A model generated the notes under the pieces. That model saw only the letters and a list, made by a program, of their open reading frames with translations, searched no databases and was not told the origin of the DNA. DNA of 64,000 bases from Clostridiaceae bacterium (GTDB taxonomy: Bacteria; Bacillota; Clostridia; Saccharofermentanales; DTU023): contig JAAYKK010000096.1 in assembly GCA_012522435.1 (NCBI GenBank), positions 13,773 to 77,772 of the forward strand, read 5' to 3'. The position numbers were made by a program, and so were the translations under genes. How positions within the stretch are numbered: position 1 is the stretch's first letter; each line of letters begins with the position of its first letter. Below, one piece after another: positions 1 to 9,299 of this stretch.

Positions 1-81
1 GAGATTACTTGAAAATCAATTGTCAACTGAGCTTTCTAAAAAAATTAAAATGTACACAGACATGTTTGGGAGGACTTAATC

Positions 82-1293
82 ATGGCTAAAGTTATACTTA
101 AAGATATAAAGAAAATCTATCCACATAGTGGTTCAAGCAGAAAACGAAGTTTGTTTAAAAGAAAAAAAAATGAACCGGAAAAGAAAAGTAATTTACAAAT
201 TACTGATCAAGGAGTAGTTGCGGTTCAAAGTTTCAATTTGGCAATTGAAGATAATGAATTTATCGTCTTAGTTGGTCCATCAGGCTGTGGTAAGTCAACG
301 ACCTTACGTATGATAGCGGGACTCGAAGAGATAACAGAAGGTGAACTTTATATTGATGGTGAGTTAATGAATAAAGTTGAACCGAAAGATCGCGATATAG
401 CAATGGTCTTCCAGAGTTATGCACTTTATCCTCATTTAACGATTCGTCAAAACATTGCTTTCCCTTTAACAATAGAGAAAGTTCCTAAAGATGAGATTAA
501 TCAAAGAGTTGAGCAAGCAGCTGAAATTTTGGGTATTACAGATTTGTTAGAAAGAAGACCTAAAGCCTTATCTGGTGGACAACGTCAAAGGGTAGCAATT
601 GGTCGAGCAATTGTTAGAGAACCGAAAATATTGTTGATGGATGAACCATTATCAAATTTAGATGCTAAGTTGAGAACGCAAATGCGCGCTGAAATTATTA
701 AGTTGCATCGGAGAATTGATACAACATTTGTTTATGTTACACATGATCAAGTGGAGGCGATGACTCTGGGAGATCGAATTGTAATCATGAAAGATGGTTT
801 TGTCCAACAAGTAGGAACACCACAAGAAGTGTTCAATCGTCCGCGTAATATTTTTGTTGCAGGTTTTATCGGTACGCCGCAAATGAATTTCTTTGATGCG
901 AAGATTATTTTAGAACATAAACAATATTATCTTGAATTTAACAAGCAAAAAATAGCATTGACTGATGAATTAAATGAAAAATTAGCAAAAACTTCAGTTG
1001 ATACGATGGATATAATACTAGGGATTAGGCCAAATCACATTCAAATAGGAGCTTCTGACGATGATCAAGTAGTTGAATTTGAAGGTAAAATAGAAGTTGC
1101 AGAAATGATGGGCACTGAGATGCATCTTCATATTCTGGTTGAAGATGAAGAAAAAACTGTTGTTGTTCAAATAGCTGATATATCTGAAGAGCAATTAGCA
1201 CAACTCAAAGAAGATAACATTTTGAAGTTTGGATTTGATCTAAGTCATAGTCATTTCTTTGATGCTGAAACTGAATTAAGAATACAAAAATAA
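82..1293 (+). CDS. ABC transporter ATP-binding subunit, MalK/MsmX/UgpC-type (sugar import ATPase)
   Basis: 403-aa ORF. Walker A GPSGCGKST, signature LSGGQRQRVAIGRA, Walker B LLMDEPLSNLD, H-loop VTHDQ. C-terminal TOBE-like domain. Lysine-rich insertion of about 25 aa near the N-terminus. Confidence 0.9.
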   Translation: MAKVILKDIKKIYPHSGSSRKRSLFKRKKNEPEKKSNLQITDQGVVAVQSFNLAIEDNEFIVLVGPSGCGKSTTLRMIAGLEEITEGELYIDGELMNKVEPKDRDIAMVFQSYALYPHLTIRQNIAFPLTIEKVPKDEINQRVEQAAEILGITDLLERRPKALSGGQRQRVAIGRAIVREPKILLMDEPLSNLDAKLRTQMRAEIIKLHRRIDTTFVYVTHDQVEAMTLGDRIVIMKDGFVQQVGTPQEVFNRPRNIFVAGFIGTPQMNFFDAKIILEHKQYYLEFNKQKIALTDELNEKLAKTSVDTMDIILGIRPNHIQIGASDDDQVVEFEGKIEVAEMMGTEMHLHILVEDEEKTVVVQIADISEEQLAQLKEDNILKFGFDLSHSHFFDAETELRIQK

Positions 1294-1303
1294 ATTTAAG
1301 CAT

Positions 1304-1359
1304 AAAAGCCGACTAATCAGATTGAGTTGAAAATTAAAATTCTGAGAAATCGGCTTTTT
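1304..1359 (+). terminator. Rho-independent terminator after the ABC ATPase gene
   Basis: AAAAGCCGA (1304-1312) pairs with TCGGCTTTT (1350-1358), with an inner TCAG/CTGA pairing, followed by a T-run. Confidence 0.6.
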
Positions 1360-1392
1360 CATTGCTTGCTGACATTATGATAAGATTGATTC

Positions 1393-1650
1393 ATGAATTA
1401 TGTATATATTTTAGAATGTGCTGATGGTAGCTATTATACAGGTTGGACCAACTCTCTGAACAAGAGGATCAAGACTCATAGTGCAGGAAAAGGAGCGAAA
1501 TATACTCGTTCCAGACTACCGGTCAAACTGATCTATCGTGAAAAATATCCTACCCCGACTGATGCCAGAAAGCGAGAGGCTCAGATCAAGAAACTTACTC
1601 GCGAAGAAAAAGAGTTGTTAATTGAGGGGTATAAGAATACTGGTAATTGA
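1393..1650 (+). CDS. GIY-YIG domain protein (UPF0213-type stand-alone nuclease domain)
   Basis: 85 aa. N-terminal YVYILEC...YYTGWT matches the GIY-YIG pattern. Conserved R/E further on (ARKREAQIKK). Confidence 0.8.
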   Translation: MNYVYILECADGSYYTGWTNSLNKRIKTHSAGKGAKYTRSRLPVKLIYREKYPTPTDARKREAQIKKLTREEKELLIEGYKNTGN

Positions 1651-1935
1651 ATCGACAAATGACTGTGTCTTAAACAAGTGAAATAATGCACCTCTATTTT
1701 CAACTGTTCGCATAACATATTTCTCCATCTTAGCAAAAGCATTGCTCTGTAAATAAATCCTTATTTTATTCAAACAATCTTGAAAATTAGCTGAAAATTT
1801 AACAAATACCACCTTGCTCACAGATATTTTATTGTCTTAAGCTGTGAGTTAGATGTTTACTCTTGGCTCAGCTTGGCTTATGGGTTGTTTCATTTATTGT
1901 AGTGTAAAAAGCATTTAGTAACGAGGTGGATAAAG

Positions 1936-2709
1936 ATGGATAAAGATTTTCAGAAAGTAAAAAAGTATCTACTCTATACATTTTTAATAACGTGGATTTC
2001 ATGGGGGTTAATGGTCCTATTAACCAACTTGGATCTGATTAACAATCAAGGTGTTGTAGGACGGATTTTGTTCTTTATTGGAGGATTTGGTCCTACTATT
2101 GCAACAATTATGGTAATGGAATCCAAAGATCGTAATCTTAAAGGAATCTGTCATTATATAAAATCATCTAATCAAGGATCTTGGAAGATTCTTTTAATTT
2201 TTGTTCTTCTGACGTTCTTTGCTTTCTTTCTATCGACCAGAAAATTCAATCCTCAAATTCCGGTTTTCATGTTTCCTGTATTAATTTTTATGATGGCATT
2301 TTTTGGTGGTGGCAATGAAGAGTTAGGCTGGCGAGGCTTAATGCAACCCATTTTAGAAAAGAAATTGGGGTTTATAGCAGCTACGTTGATTACTGCTACC
2401 ACATGGGGGCTTTGGCATCTGCCTCTTTGGTTCATAAAAGGAGATCCGCACCGAGCAACTCCATTTTATCAGTTTTTTATCTTAGGAATTATTTTTTCAT
2501 TTTTACTAGCAAGTTTATATAAAGGAACAAAAAGTGTTCTTTATGCCATGGTTTATCACGGTTTTTTGAATGCAACGCTCAGCTTTGTTCAAATTAGTTA
2601 CAACCTTGTATTTATTATTTTAGTTTCAGTCTTAACTCTGATTGCGATTATTTACTGGTATTATGTTGATAAAACAGCCAGATCTAATGAGATTCAAGCG
2701 ATAGACTGA
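1936..2709 (+). CDS. CPBP family intramembrane glutamic endopeptidase (CAAX protease/Abi family)
   Basis: 257 aa and polytopic. EExxxR motif (NEELGWRG), downstream WGLWH and YHGFLN histidine motifs. GAGGTGG SD upstream. Confidence 0.85.
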   Translation: MDKDFQKVKKYLLYTFLITWISWGLMVLLTNLDLINNQGVVGRILFFIGGFGPTIATIMVMESKDRNLKGICHYIKSSNQGSWKILLIFVLLTFFAFFLSTRKFNPQIPVFMFPVLIFMMAFFGGGNEELGWRGLMQPILEKKLGFIAATLITATTWGLWHLPLWFIKGDPHRATPFYQFFILGIIFSFLLASLYKGTKSVLYAMVYHGFLNATLSFVQISYNLVFIILVSVLTLIAIIYWYYVDKTARSNEIQAID

Positions 2710-2847
2710 AGAAAAACTAGAGTCGAATTTGGCGAATTGATCAGTAATCTTGAGCTGAAAGTATCTTAGCTAAATAACTATCATTTAGGTATTTTTGGGT
2801 TTCGTTATATAATCAGTAATAAGTGAATACTTTTCGGAGGTGGCTCT

Positions 2848-3369
2848 ATGTCCTTGAAAATAATCAAACAAGATATTACAAAAATGGAAGTAGATGTGAT
2901 AGTTAATGCGGCAAATACTGAATTGAGAATGGGTGGTGGTGTTTGTGGTGCCATATTTAAAGCTGCAGGTGTTTCTGAATTAAGATCAGCTTGTGAAAAG
3001 CTTGCTCCAATTAAAACAGGTGAGGCTGTAATTACACCGGGATTTGCATTACCGGCTAAACACATTATTCATACAGCAGGTCCAGTTTATGATACTAACA
3101 ATCCTGAGCAAAGTGCAGCGGATTTAAAATCCTCTTATCTGAATTCTTTAAAATTAGCTCAACAAAATAATTATCAGAGCATTGCCTTTCCTCTTATTTC
3201 GAGTGGGATTTATGGTTATCCTAAATCTGAAGCCTTAAACATAGCAATTAAGACAATTCTTGAATATTTGGATGAAAATAAATTGGATGTATTTCTGACC
3301 GTTTTTGATCAAGAATTGTTAACAATGGCTGAAAAAATACTAGCTGAAATTGAGCAAACAATTAATTAA
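2848..3369 (+). CDS. Macro domain protein (O-acetyl-ADP-ribose deacetylase / ADP-ribose binding, YmdB-like)
   Basis: 173 aa. VIVNAANTEL, GGGVCGAI and ISSGIYGYP motifs typical of macro domains. GGAGGTGG SD. Confidence 0.9.
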   Translation: MSLKIIKQDITKMEVDVIVNAANTELRMGGGVCGAIFKAAGVSELRSACEKLAPIKTGEAVITPGFALPAKHIIHTAGPVYDTNNPEQSAADLKSSYLNSLKLAQQNNYQSIAFPLISSGIYGYPKSEALNIAIKTILEYLDENKLDVFLTVFDQELLTMAEKILAEIEQTIN

Positions 3370-3379
3370 GGAAAAAATA

Positions 3380-4615
3380 ATGTCACTTTATTCAGATGCC
3401 AAAACGATATGGGAGAATGCTATTAAAGCTGCACTGCCAGATCAAGCTGTGCAAAAGGAACTGATGAACTTGGACTTAGGGGCTAAGAAAAAAGTCTTGT
3501 TGGTCGCAATAGGAAAAGCAGCGTGGCAAATGAGCAAGGCTGCTCTGGAAACTTTAGGAGATAAGATCACCGACGGTATTGTGATTACCAAATATGACCA
3601 TAATCTGGGTGAATTACCCGGACTTAAGGTTTATGAAGCCGGACATCCTGTTTTAGATCAAGCTACAATAGAGGCAACTGATCAGGCTCTTAAATTGACC
3701 AAAAATCTTACTAGTGATGACGTGGTCTTGTTTTTGGTTTCAGGTGGCGGCAGTGCTCTATTTGAAAAACCTCAAATTGAGCTTTCTGAATTACAAGATA
3801 TCACTGAACAAATGCTGGCTCAAGGTAGTGATATTGTTGAACTTAACACGATTCGCAAACGGCTTTCTCTGGTTAAAGGAGGCAAATTTGCCAAGCATTG
3901 TGCTCCTGCTCAAATTAAGACAATTGTCTTAAGTGATATTATCGGAGATCCGCTGGATATGATTGCTTCAGGTCCGGCTTATCCAGACAGTTCAACTTCG
4001 GCAGATGCATTTGCGATTCAAGAAAAATATGGTTTGGTTTTATCAAAAAAGGCAGAAAAATCTCTTGCACAAGAAACCCCGAAAGTATTGGATAATGTAA
4101 ACACAGTTGTTATCGGAAGCGTTAGCCAACTTTGTAATTCTGCTAAAGAAACAGCGGAGAAACTTGGTTATAAAGCGCAAATTTTGACTAGTTCATTGTC
4201 TTGTATTGCAAGAGAAGCGGGAAGTTTCCTTGCCTCGGTGGCTGAATATTATCAAACAACTAATAAATCACTTGCTTTTATCTTAGGTGGTGAAACAGTG
4301 GTAGAAATAACCGGTGTCGGTAAGGGCGGAAGAAATCAGGAGATTGCACTTGCAGCTAGTAAGATTATTGCTAAATGCAAGCAGACTTGTCTTTTTTCAA
4401 TAGGCTCAGACGGTACCGATGGTCCGACAGATGCTGCCGGAGGTTATGTAGATACAGATACTCTAGCTAAACTTCAAGAAAAAGCAATTGAGCCAAGATC
4501 GGTTTTGGACAACAATGATTCTCACCGTGCATTAAAAGCTGTGGGCGGTTTGATCGTGACCGGTCCCACAGGAACGAATGTGAATGATTTAACAGTCTTA
4601 TTGATTAAACGTTAA
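3380..4615 (+). CDS. Glycerate 2-kinase / hydroxypyruvate reductase family (DUF4147 + MOFRL)
   Basis: VAIGKAAWQM, FLVSGGGSALFE, GGRNQE, GSDGTDGPTDAAG and TGPTGTNVND motifs. I moved the start from 3350 to ATG 3380, which has an AAGGA SD and avoids overlap with the macro gene. Confidence 0.8.
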   Translation: MSLYSDAKTIWENAIKAALPDQAVQKELMNLDLGAKKKVLLVAIGKAAWQMSKAALETLGDKITDGIVITKYDHNLGELPGLKVYEAGHPVLDQATIEATDQALKLTKNLTSDDVVLFLVSGGGSALFEKPQIELSELQDITEQMLAQGSDIVELNTIRKRLSLVKGGKFAKHCAPAQIKTIVLSDIIGDPLDMIASGPAYPDSSTSADAFAIQEKYGLVLSKKAEKSLAQETPKVLDNVNTVVIGSVSQLCNSAKETAEKLGYKAQILTSSLSCIAREAGSFLASVAEYYQTTNKSLAFILGGETVVEITGVGKGGRNQEIALAASKIIAKCKQTCLFSIGSDGTDGPTDAAGGYVDTDTLAKLQEKAIEPRSVLDNNDSHRALKAVGGLIVTGPTGTNVNDLTVLLIKR

Positions 4616-4696
4616 CTTTTGTGTGGTATTCTTAATTAGGACAATTTTTTAGCAAATTAAAGAACTAATAGATAATAGATTGAAGAAGGAAAAAAG

Positions 4697-5506
4697 ATGG
4701 AGATAACTTATTTAAACCATAGTTCATTTTTTGTCGAATACAATAATAAAGCAATTTTGTTTGATTATGGTGAATTACCTAAAAGACCAAAACAGGGCAA
4801 ATTAGAAAAAGGCATCTTTGAATTAGAGCAACTAAAAGATCATTATGACAAATTGTTTGGTTACTCCTCGCATAGGCATGCTGATCATTATGATCCTGAA
4901 ATAGTTAATCAATTTTTGCTGAATGATTTACTTTATATTCTTTCAGATGAACCGCAATTGGAGTTTGAAAACTATATGAAAACTAAAAACTTCTGTCGTT
5001 TGTTGCCTCAAACAACCGCTAACATTCATATCCTAAATTTTGCTAATACCGGTTCTACAGATCAGGGAGGGGCTGTTTTGTTACAAGATCGAAACGAAGA
5101 TTTCTCGATCTATTATGGCGGAGATTTAGCAGTTTGGGATGATTTACCTGAATTTTACCAAGGTTTTGCTCAAGAATTTGATTGGTTGACTAATCAAGTA
5201 GAAGATTTCGCTCCTGTACAAGTTGCTTTTTTACCTTGCTGTACAAGTGATGGTTATCAAGAGGAACCGCTCTTAAATGGCTCTAAAGATCTAATTCGAC
5301 TATTAAAACCTAAAATTGTAGTGCCAATGCACGGCTATGGTCATGAACATTTTTACAAATCATTTGTCGAAGAAATGCAAGACAGATTGCAAGAGTATCC
5401 GACAGAAATTGTAACTTTTAGCTCCTACAACAAGCATAAGTTTGCGGAACATAGTATAATCTTAACCTATGCTGAAAATACAGGGGATAGCATAGAAGTT
5501 GATTAA
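4697..5506 (+). CDS. MBL-fold metallo-hydrolase
   Basis: 269 aa. HRHADHYD (HxHxDH) metal motif and a later PMHG histidine. Specific substrate unknown. Confidence 0.7.
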   Translation: MEITYLNHSSFFVEYNNKAILFDYGELPKRPKQGKLEKGIFELEQLKDHYDKLFGYSSHRHADHYDPEIVNQFLLNDLLYILSDEPQLEFENYMKTKNFCRLLPQTTANIHILNFANTGSTDQGGAVLLQDRNEDFSIYYGGDLAVWDDLPEFYQGFAQEFDWLTNQVEDFAPVQVAFLPCCTSDGYQEEPLLNGSKDLIRLLKPKIVVPMHGYGHEHFYKSFVEEMQDRLQEYPTEIVTFSSYNKHKFAEHSIILTYAENTGDSIEVD

Positions 5507-5551
5507 AACTTATTATCTCAATAAATATATGAAATAAATAAAAGGTAAACA

Positions 5552-6544
5552 ATGGCAGAACTAGGAAAAATAAAATTAATAACAATTGGCGACTTGGAAA
5601 GAAAATTGGGAAGTAGAAAATTTCCGCAGTTTGTTGAGGAATGCGAACAAGGTTTTCGTAGTCAAGTTTCAGAAATAGCTAAATATGTCTTAGCGCATCA
5701 TGAAATTTCATTTGTGTTTTTGTCCGGGCCTACATCATCAGGTAAAACTACATTTTCAACCCACTTTACTAAGAGTTTAAATGAAAGTGGACGCCGAACT
5801 CATTTAATCTCGATGGACGATTATTATAGCCTTGGTGTACCGCGCTATGATCAAGAAGGGCGCCCGGATTATGAGAGCATCGACACTTTGGATTTGGATA
5901 TGTTACATGGTGATCTGAAAGCTCTAGAGAGTATGCATGAAGTTAACATTCCTACTTTTGATTTTAAAACTAGAGCTCGATTCTTTGAAGAAAGTAAAAT
6001 CATTAGACCGAGACCGGGCGATACCTATATGATCGAGGGTCTGCATGGTTTAGCTGACGAATTGCGACATAATTTAATCAAAGAACGCTCGGTTGGTATT
6101 TTCATTATGCCTTATGCAAGCTTATTAGCAGATAATAGAATTCTTGATCACAATGATATGAGAGTCTTGCGACGTTTGAGTCGAGATGTTTTTCATCGAG
6201 GTGCAACAGCTTTATCAACAATTGATTATTGGCCGATGATTGCTAAAGCGGAAAATGAATTTGTTCCTGGTTATTTAGAAGCTGCAGATTTTTATGTAAA
6301 CTCAGCTTTAGAATATGAATATTCTGTGATTGTTCCTAAAGCCAGAGAACAACTTAAAATTTCGATAAATCAATATATGGAGGGAGAACTCCCACCTTCG
6401 AACAATGTTAAAGAGGGTGTATTTTATGCTGATTTAAATACAGCTATTAAAAGTGCTAAACGTTTAATAAGAGCTTGTAATAAAATTCCAAGAGTTGATC
6501 CTATAGTAGTGCCTAAAGACTCGATTTTGCAAGAATTTATATAA
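5552..6544 (+). CDS. Uridine kinase/phosphoribulokinase-family P-loop nucleoside kinase-like protein
   Basis: 330 aa. Walker A GPTSSGKTT. IPTFDFKTRARF resembles the Udk PxYDFxxHxR substrate motif. Confidence 0.65.
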   Translation: MAELGKIKLITIGDLERKLGSRKFPQFVEECEQGFRSQVSEIAKYVLAHHEISFVFLSGPTSSGKTTFSTHFTKSLNESGRRTHLISMDDYYSLGVPRYDQEGRPDYESIDTLDLDMLHGDLKALESMHEVNIPTFDFKTRARFFEESKIIRPRPGDTYMIEGLHGLADELRHNLIKERSVGIFIMPYASLLADNRILDHNDMRVLRRLSRDVFHRGATALSTIDYWPMIAKAENEFVPGYLEAADFYVNSALEYEYSVIVPKAREQLKISINQYMEGELPPSNNVKEGVFYADLNTAIKSAKRLIRACNKIPRVDPIVVPKDSILQEFI

Positions 6545-6702
6545 TTATTGTATTAATAGCTAAATGTTCAAGTTAATTATTAATGTTCCGATATTTAGCA
6601 AAGATTGAAAAAATATAGGTTTCATCTGTTACAATTGTAATAATAGTTTTAGCTTATAATCTGATACAGATGAAAAACAAATTATTATTGGAGGTATACA
6701 TT

Positions 6703-7020
6703 ATGTCATTAGAAATTACAGTTGATAATTTTGAACAAGAAGTAATCGAAAGCGATATTCCTGTAATGGTGGATTTTTGGGCAGCTTGGTGTGGACCTTG
6801 CCGCATGGTAAGTCCTATTGTAGATAAAATTGGTGAAACATATGAGGGCAGAGCAAAAGTTTGCAAAATCAATGTTGACGAACAAGGTGCTTTAGCAGAA
6901 CGTTTCCGTGTTTTATCAATACCGACCATTTATATTTTTAAAGACGGTGAGATTGTCGAAAAATTGGTTGGTGCTAGACCTTATGAGGAATTAACAGAAG
7001 CTTTAGAGAGACATCTTTAA
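6703..7020 (+). CDS. trxA: Thioredoxin
   Basis: WCGPC active site and thioredoxin fold length. I moved the start to ATG 6703, directly after a GGAGG SD (the track start at 6670 has none). Confidence 0.95.
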   Translation: MSLEITVDNFEQEVIESDIPVMVDFWAAWCGPCRMVSPIVDKIGETYEGRAKVCKINVDEQGALAERFRVLSIPTIYIFKDGEIVEKLVGARPYEELTEALERHL

Positions 7021-7033
7021 GATCATCTTTTAA

Positions 7034-7060
7034 CAAACCGGTATTATTGCCGGTTTTTTG
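7034..7060 (+). terminator. Rho-independent terminator after trxA
   Basis: CAAACCGG-tattattg-CCGGTTTTTTG hairpin plus T-run. Confidence 0.8.
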
Positions 7061-7083
7061 TTGTTTAGATTTTGGTTTAATAA

Positions 7084-8658
7084 ATGATTTATTTAGAGAG
7101 ATCGTTGCCCACAATAAATGTGTCTGCCCAAAGATTTCTAGATAGTACTTTTGTAGAAGACACCGGATTACCAAGTCTAGTTTTAATGGAACAGGCAGCT
7201 GCTTCATTAACTGAATTAATAGTGGGGCTTGGTCTGCCGGGACAAAAGGTTCTGTATCTTGCAGGGGCCGGAAATAATGGAGGAGATGCTTGGGCAAGTG
7301 CCAGGCAACTTCATTCCTTTGGCTTTGATGTATCGGTTTTGGAATTATTTCCGGATAAACAATTAACACATGATGCAGCAATAAATAAAGAGGCTTATCT
7401 TAATTTTGGGGCAGAGATCACTTCAATGGAACAGGTTGAGTTTTCTGAGTTTGATTTCTTTGTTGATGGAATAATGGGTACGGGTTTTAATTTAGAACGA
7501 TCATTACCTAAAAATATTCTTAATTTATTGACAAAGCTCAATTCTTATTCCGAAATTTGCCGAATAGCTATTGATATTCCCACCGGCATTGAAAGCTCAA
7601 GTGGAGCTTGCGACCAAGTAGTCTTTAATGCTGACTATACGGTTACATTCAGCACTTTTAAAACCGGACTGGTAGCTGAACCGGGTTCTGCTTATAGTGG
7701 TAAGATTATCGTGGCTCCGATCAGTATGAATCAAGATTGGCTTGAGAAAAAATTAGTTCAATACCAAAAAGAAAATAATGCTTATTTGCCACGCTTGATT
7801 ACTAAAGAAGCAATTAAATGCTTAGAAATTGAGAGTTCTGAATTAGACCATAAAGGAAGTAATGGTAGAACACTGATACTAGGCGGCTCAAATGGAATGA
7901 GCGGTGCAATAATTTTGGCAATGCGTGCAGCACAAATGACGGGAGTAGGCTATACCTATCTTAGAACAGTCAAAGAGATCCTGCCTGATTTACTCCAAGT
8001 ATCACCTGAAAGTTTGATCGACAAATTTCCTGCTGATCAGGAAAAATTAATTGACTTACTAGGACAAGCAGATAGTGTAGCTTTAGGTCCGGGAGCAGGG
8101 GTTTCCACATGGATAAAAGATCATCTGGAATTAATTTGTCGCGAAGCCGGTATGTTGACTATTGATGCAGATGGTCTAAATATTTTGGCGAAAATTCCGG
8201 ATTGGCATAAGATTTTAAATCATAGAACCAAACAAGGGAAAAAATATGCTATTTTAACCCCTCATCCGGGAGAGTTTAAACGGTTAGCTCCGGGTTTAGC
8301 TAACTTGTTAACTAAAGGCAGGCAAGCCGCTGCTGCTCAATTGGCGAAATTAAGTTCGTCAATAATTGTCTTGAAAGGGCATGCAACAGTGATCGCTTTA
8401 CCTTCCGGTCAAACTTATATTAATTCAAGTGGTAATCAGAGTTTGGCTAAAGCCGGTTCCGGGGATGTATTAACAGGGCTAATTGCCGGATTTTCGGCAC
8501 AAATGTCGGATCCATTTGAAGCGACAGCTTTGTCAGTATATTTTCATGGGTTGTTGGCAGATATTGCTGTCCAAAAATTGGGAATTAGAGGAGTAAAACC
8601 GAGCAATTTGCCGGACTACGGATCCGATGCATATCAGGTCCTAGGCTGGATTAATTGA
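7084..8658 (+). CDS. nnr: Bifunctional NAD(P)H-hydrate repair enzyme (epimerase + ADP-dependent dehydratase)
   Basis: 524 aa. N-terminal YjeF_N (GAGNNGGDAW) and C-terminal carbohydrate-kinase-like domain (GPGAG, GSGDVLTG). Confidence 0.9.
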   Translation: MIYLERSLPTINVSAQRFLDSTFVEDTGLPSLVLMEQAAASLTELIVGLGLPGQKVLYLAGAGNNGGDAWASARQLHSFGFDVSVLELFPDKQLTHDAAINKEAYLNFGAEITSMEQVEFSEFDFFVDGIMGTGFNLERSLPKNILNLLTKLNSYSEICRIAIDIPTGIESSSGACDQVVFNADYTVTFSTFKTGLVAEPGSAYSGKIIVAPISMNQDWLEKKLVQYQKENNAYLPRLITKEAIKCLEIESSELDHKGSNGRTLILGGSNGMSGAIILAMRAAQMTGVGYTYLRTVKEILPDLLQVSPESLIDKFPADQEKLIDLLGQADSVALGPGAGVSTWIKDHLELICREAGMLTIDADGLNILAKIPDWHKILNHRTKQGKKYAILTPHPGEFKRLAPGLANLLTKGRQAAAAQLAKLSSSIIVLKGHATVIALPSGQTYINSSGNQSLAKAGSGDVLTGLIAGFSAQMSDPFEATALSVYFHGLLADIAVQKLGIRGVKPSNLPDYGSDAYQVLGWIN

Positions 8659-8686
8659 ATATATATTAACAAATTAAGGAGTACGT

Positions 8687-9139
8687 ATGTGGAAAGAATT
8701 TAAAGAGTTTATTGCTCAAGGAAATGTGATGGATTTGGCAATTGGTGTTGTCATGGGTACCGCTTTTAAGGCAATCATTGACAGCTTGGTCGGAGACATT
8801 ATTATGCCTTTGATCGGTTTGTTGTTAGGTGATGTAAGCCTTTCGGATATGAAACATGTTTTCAAACCGGCAATCGTTGAAGGTGGAGAGGTTGTTAAAC
8901 CTGAGTTGTCATTAAATTATGGTAACTTGATTCAAATGATCATCAATTTTCTAATCATTGCTTTATGTATCTTTTTAGTTGTAAAAGGTATTAACAAATT
9001 ACGCACTATGTTCAAAAAAGAAGCGGAAGAAGCCGAAGCTGAAGAGGAAGAGAAAAAAGCAGAAGATCTTATCTTGTTAGAAGAAATCCGTGATCTTTTA
9101 GCTGAAAAAGCTCAGACCAATTCAGGTAACAACGGATAA
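8687..9139 (+). CDS. mscL: Large-conductance mechanosensitive channel
   Basis: N-terminus MWKEFKEFIAQGNVMDLAIGVVMG is the MscL hallmark. Two TM helices with a charged C-terminal helix. Confidence 0.95.
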   Translation: MWKEFKEFIAQGNVMDLAIGVVMGTAFKAIIDSLVGDIIMPLIGLLLGDVSLSDMKHVFKPAIVEGGEVVKPELSLNYGNLIQMIINFLIIALCIFLVVKGINKLRTMFKKEAEEAEAEEEEKKAEDLILLEEIRDLLAEKAQTNSGNNG

Positions 9140-9180
9140 TGATATTTACTTAAGCTTTTAGAGTGTGTTGAATTTTTAAA

Positions 9181-9217
9181 ATCACCCGTTTACAATAATC
9201 GGGCGATTTTTATTTTT
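9181..9217 (+). terminator. Rho-independent terminator after mscL
   Basis: ATCACCCG-loop-CGGGCGAT (one mismatch) followed by TTTTTATTTTT. Confidence 0.7.
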
Positions 9218-9299
9218 CAATGGTAAAATAGTACTATCCAAGAAAGTTAGTTTTAACGGCTATACTGAGAAAACAATTTAATTATTTACTTGAGGCTTT

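Noticed and set aside
1618-1821. 67-aa minus-strand ORF in the 285-bp gap between the GIY-YIG and CPBP genes; also considered as a possible sRNA or riboswitch region
   Set aside because: There is no SD before its ATG, it overlaps the GIY-YIG 3' end, and it has no recognisable motifs. I also found no conserved riboswitch core or convincing terminator in the gap. The gap's function is left unassigned.
9140-9299. Possible c-di-AMP (ydaO-type) riboswitch upstream of ktrB
   Set aside because: About 80 nt remain after the mscL terminator, which is too short. I see none of the conserved paired ACGGGGA/CCCG-type cores.
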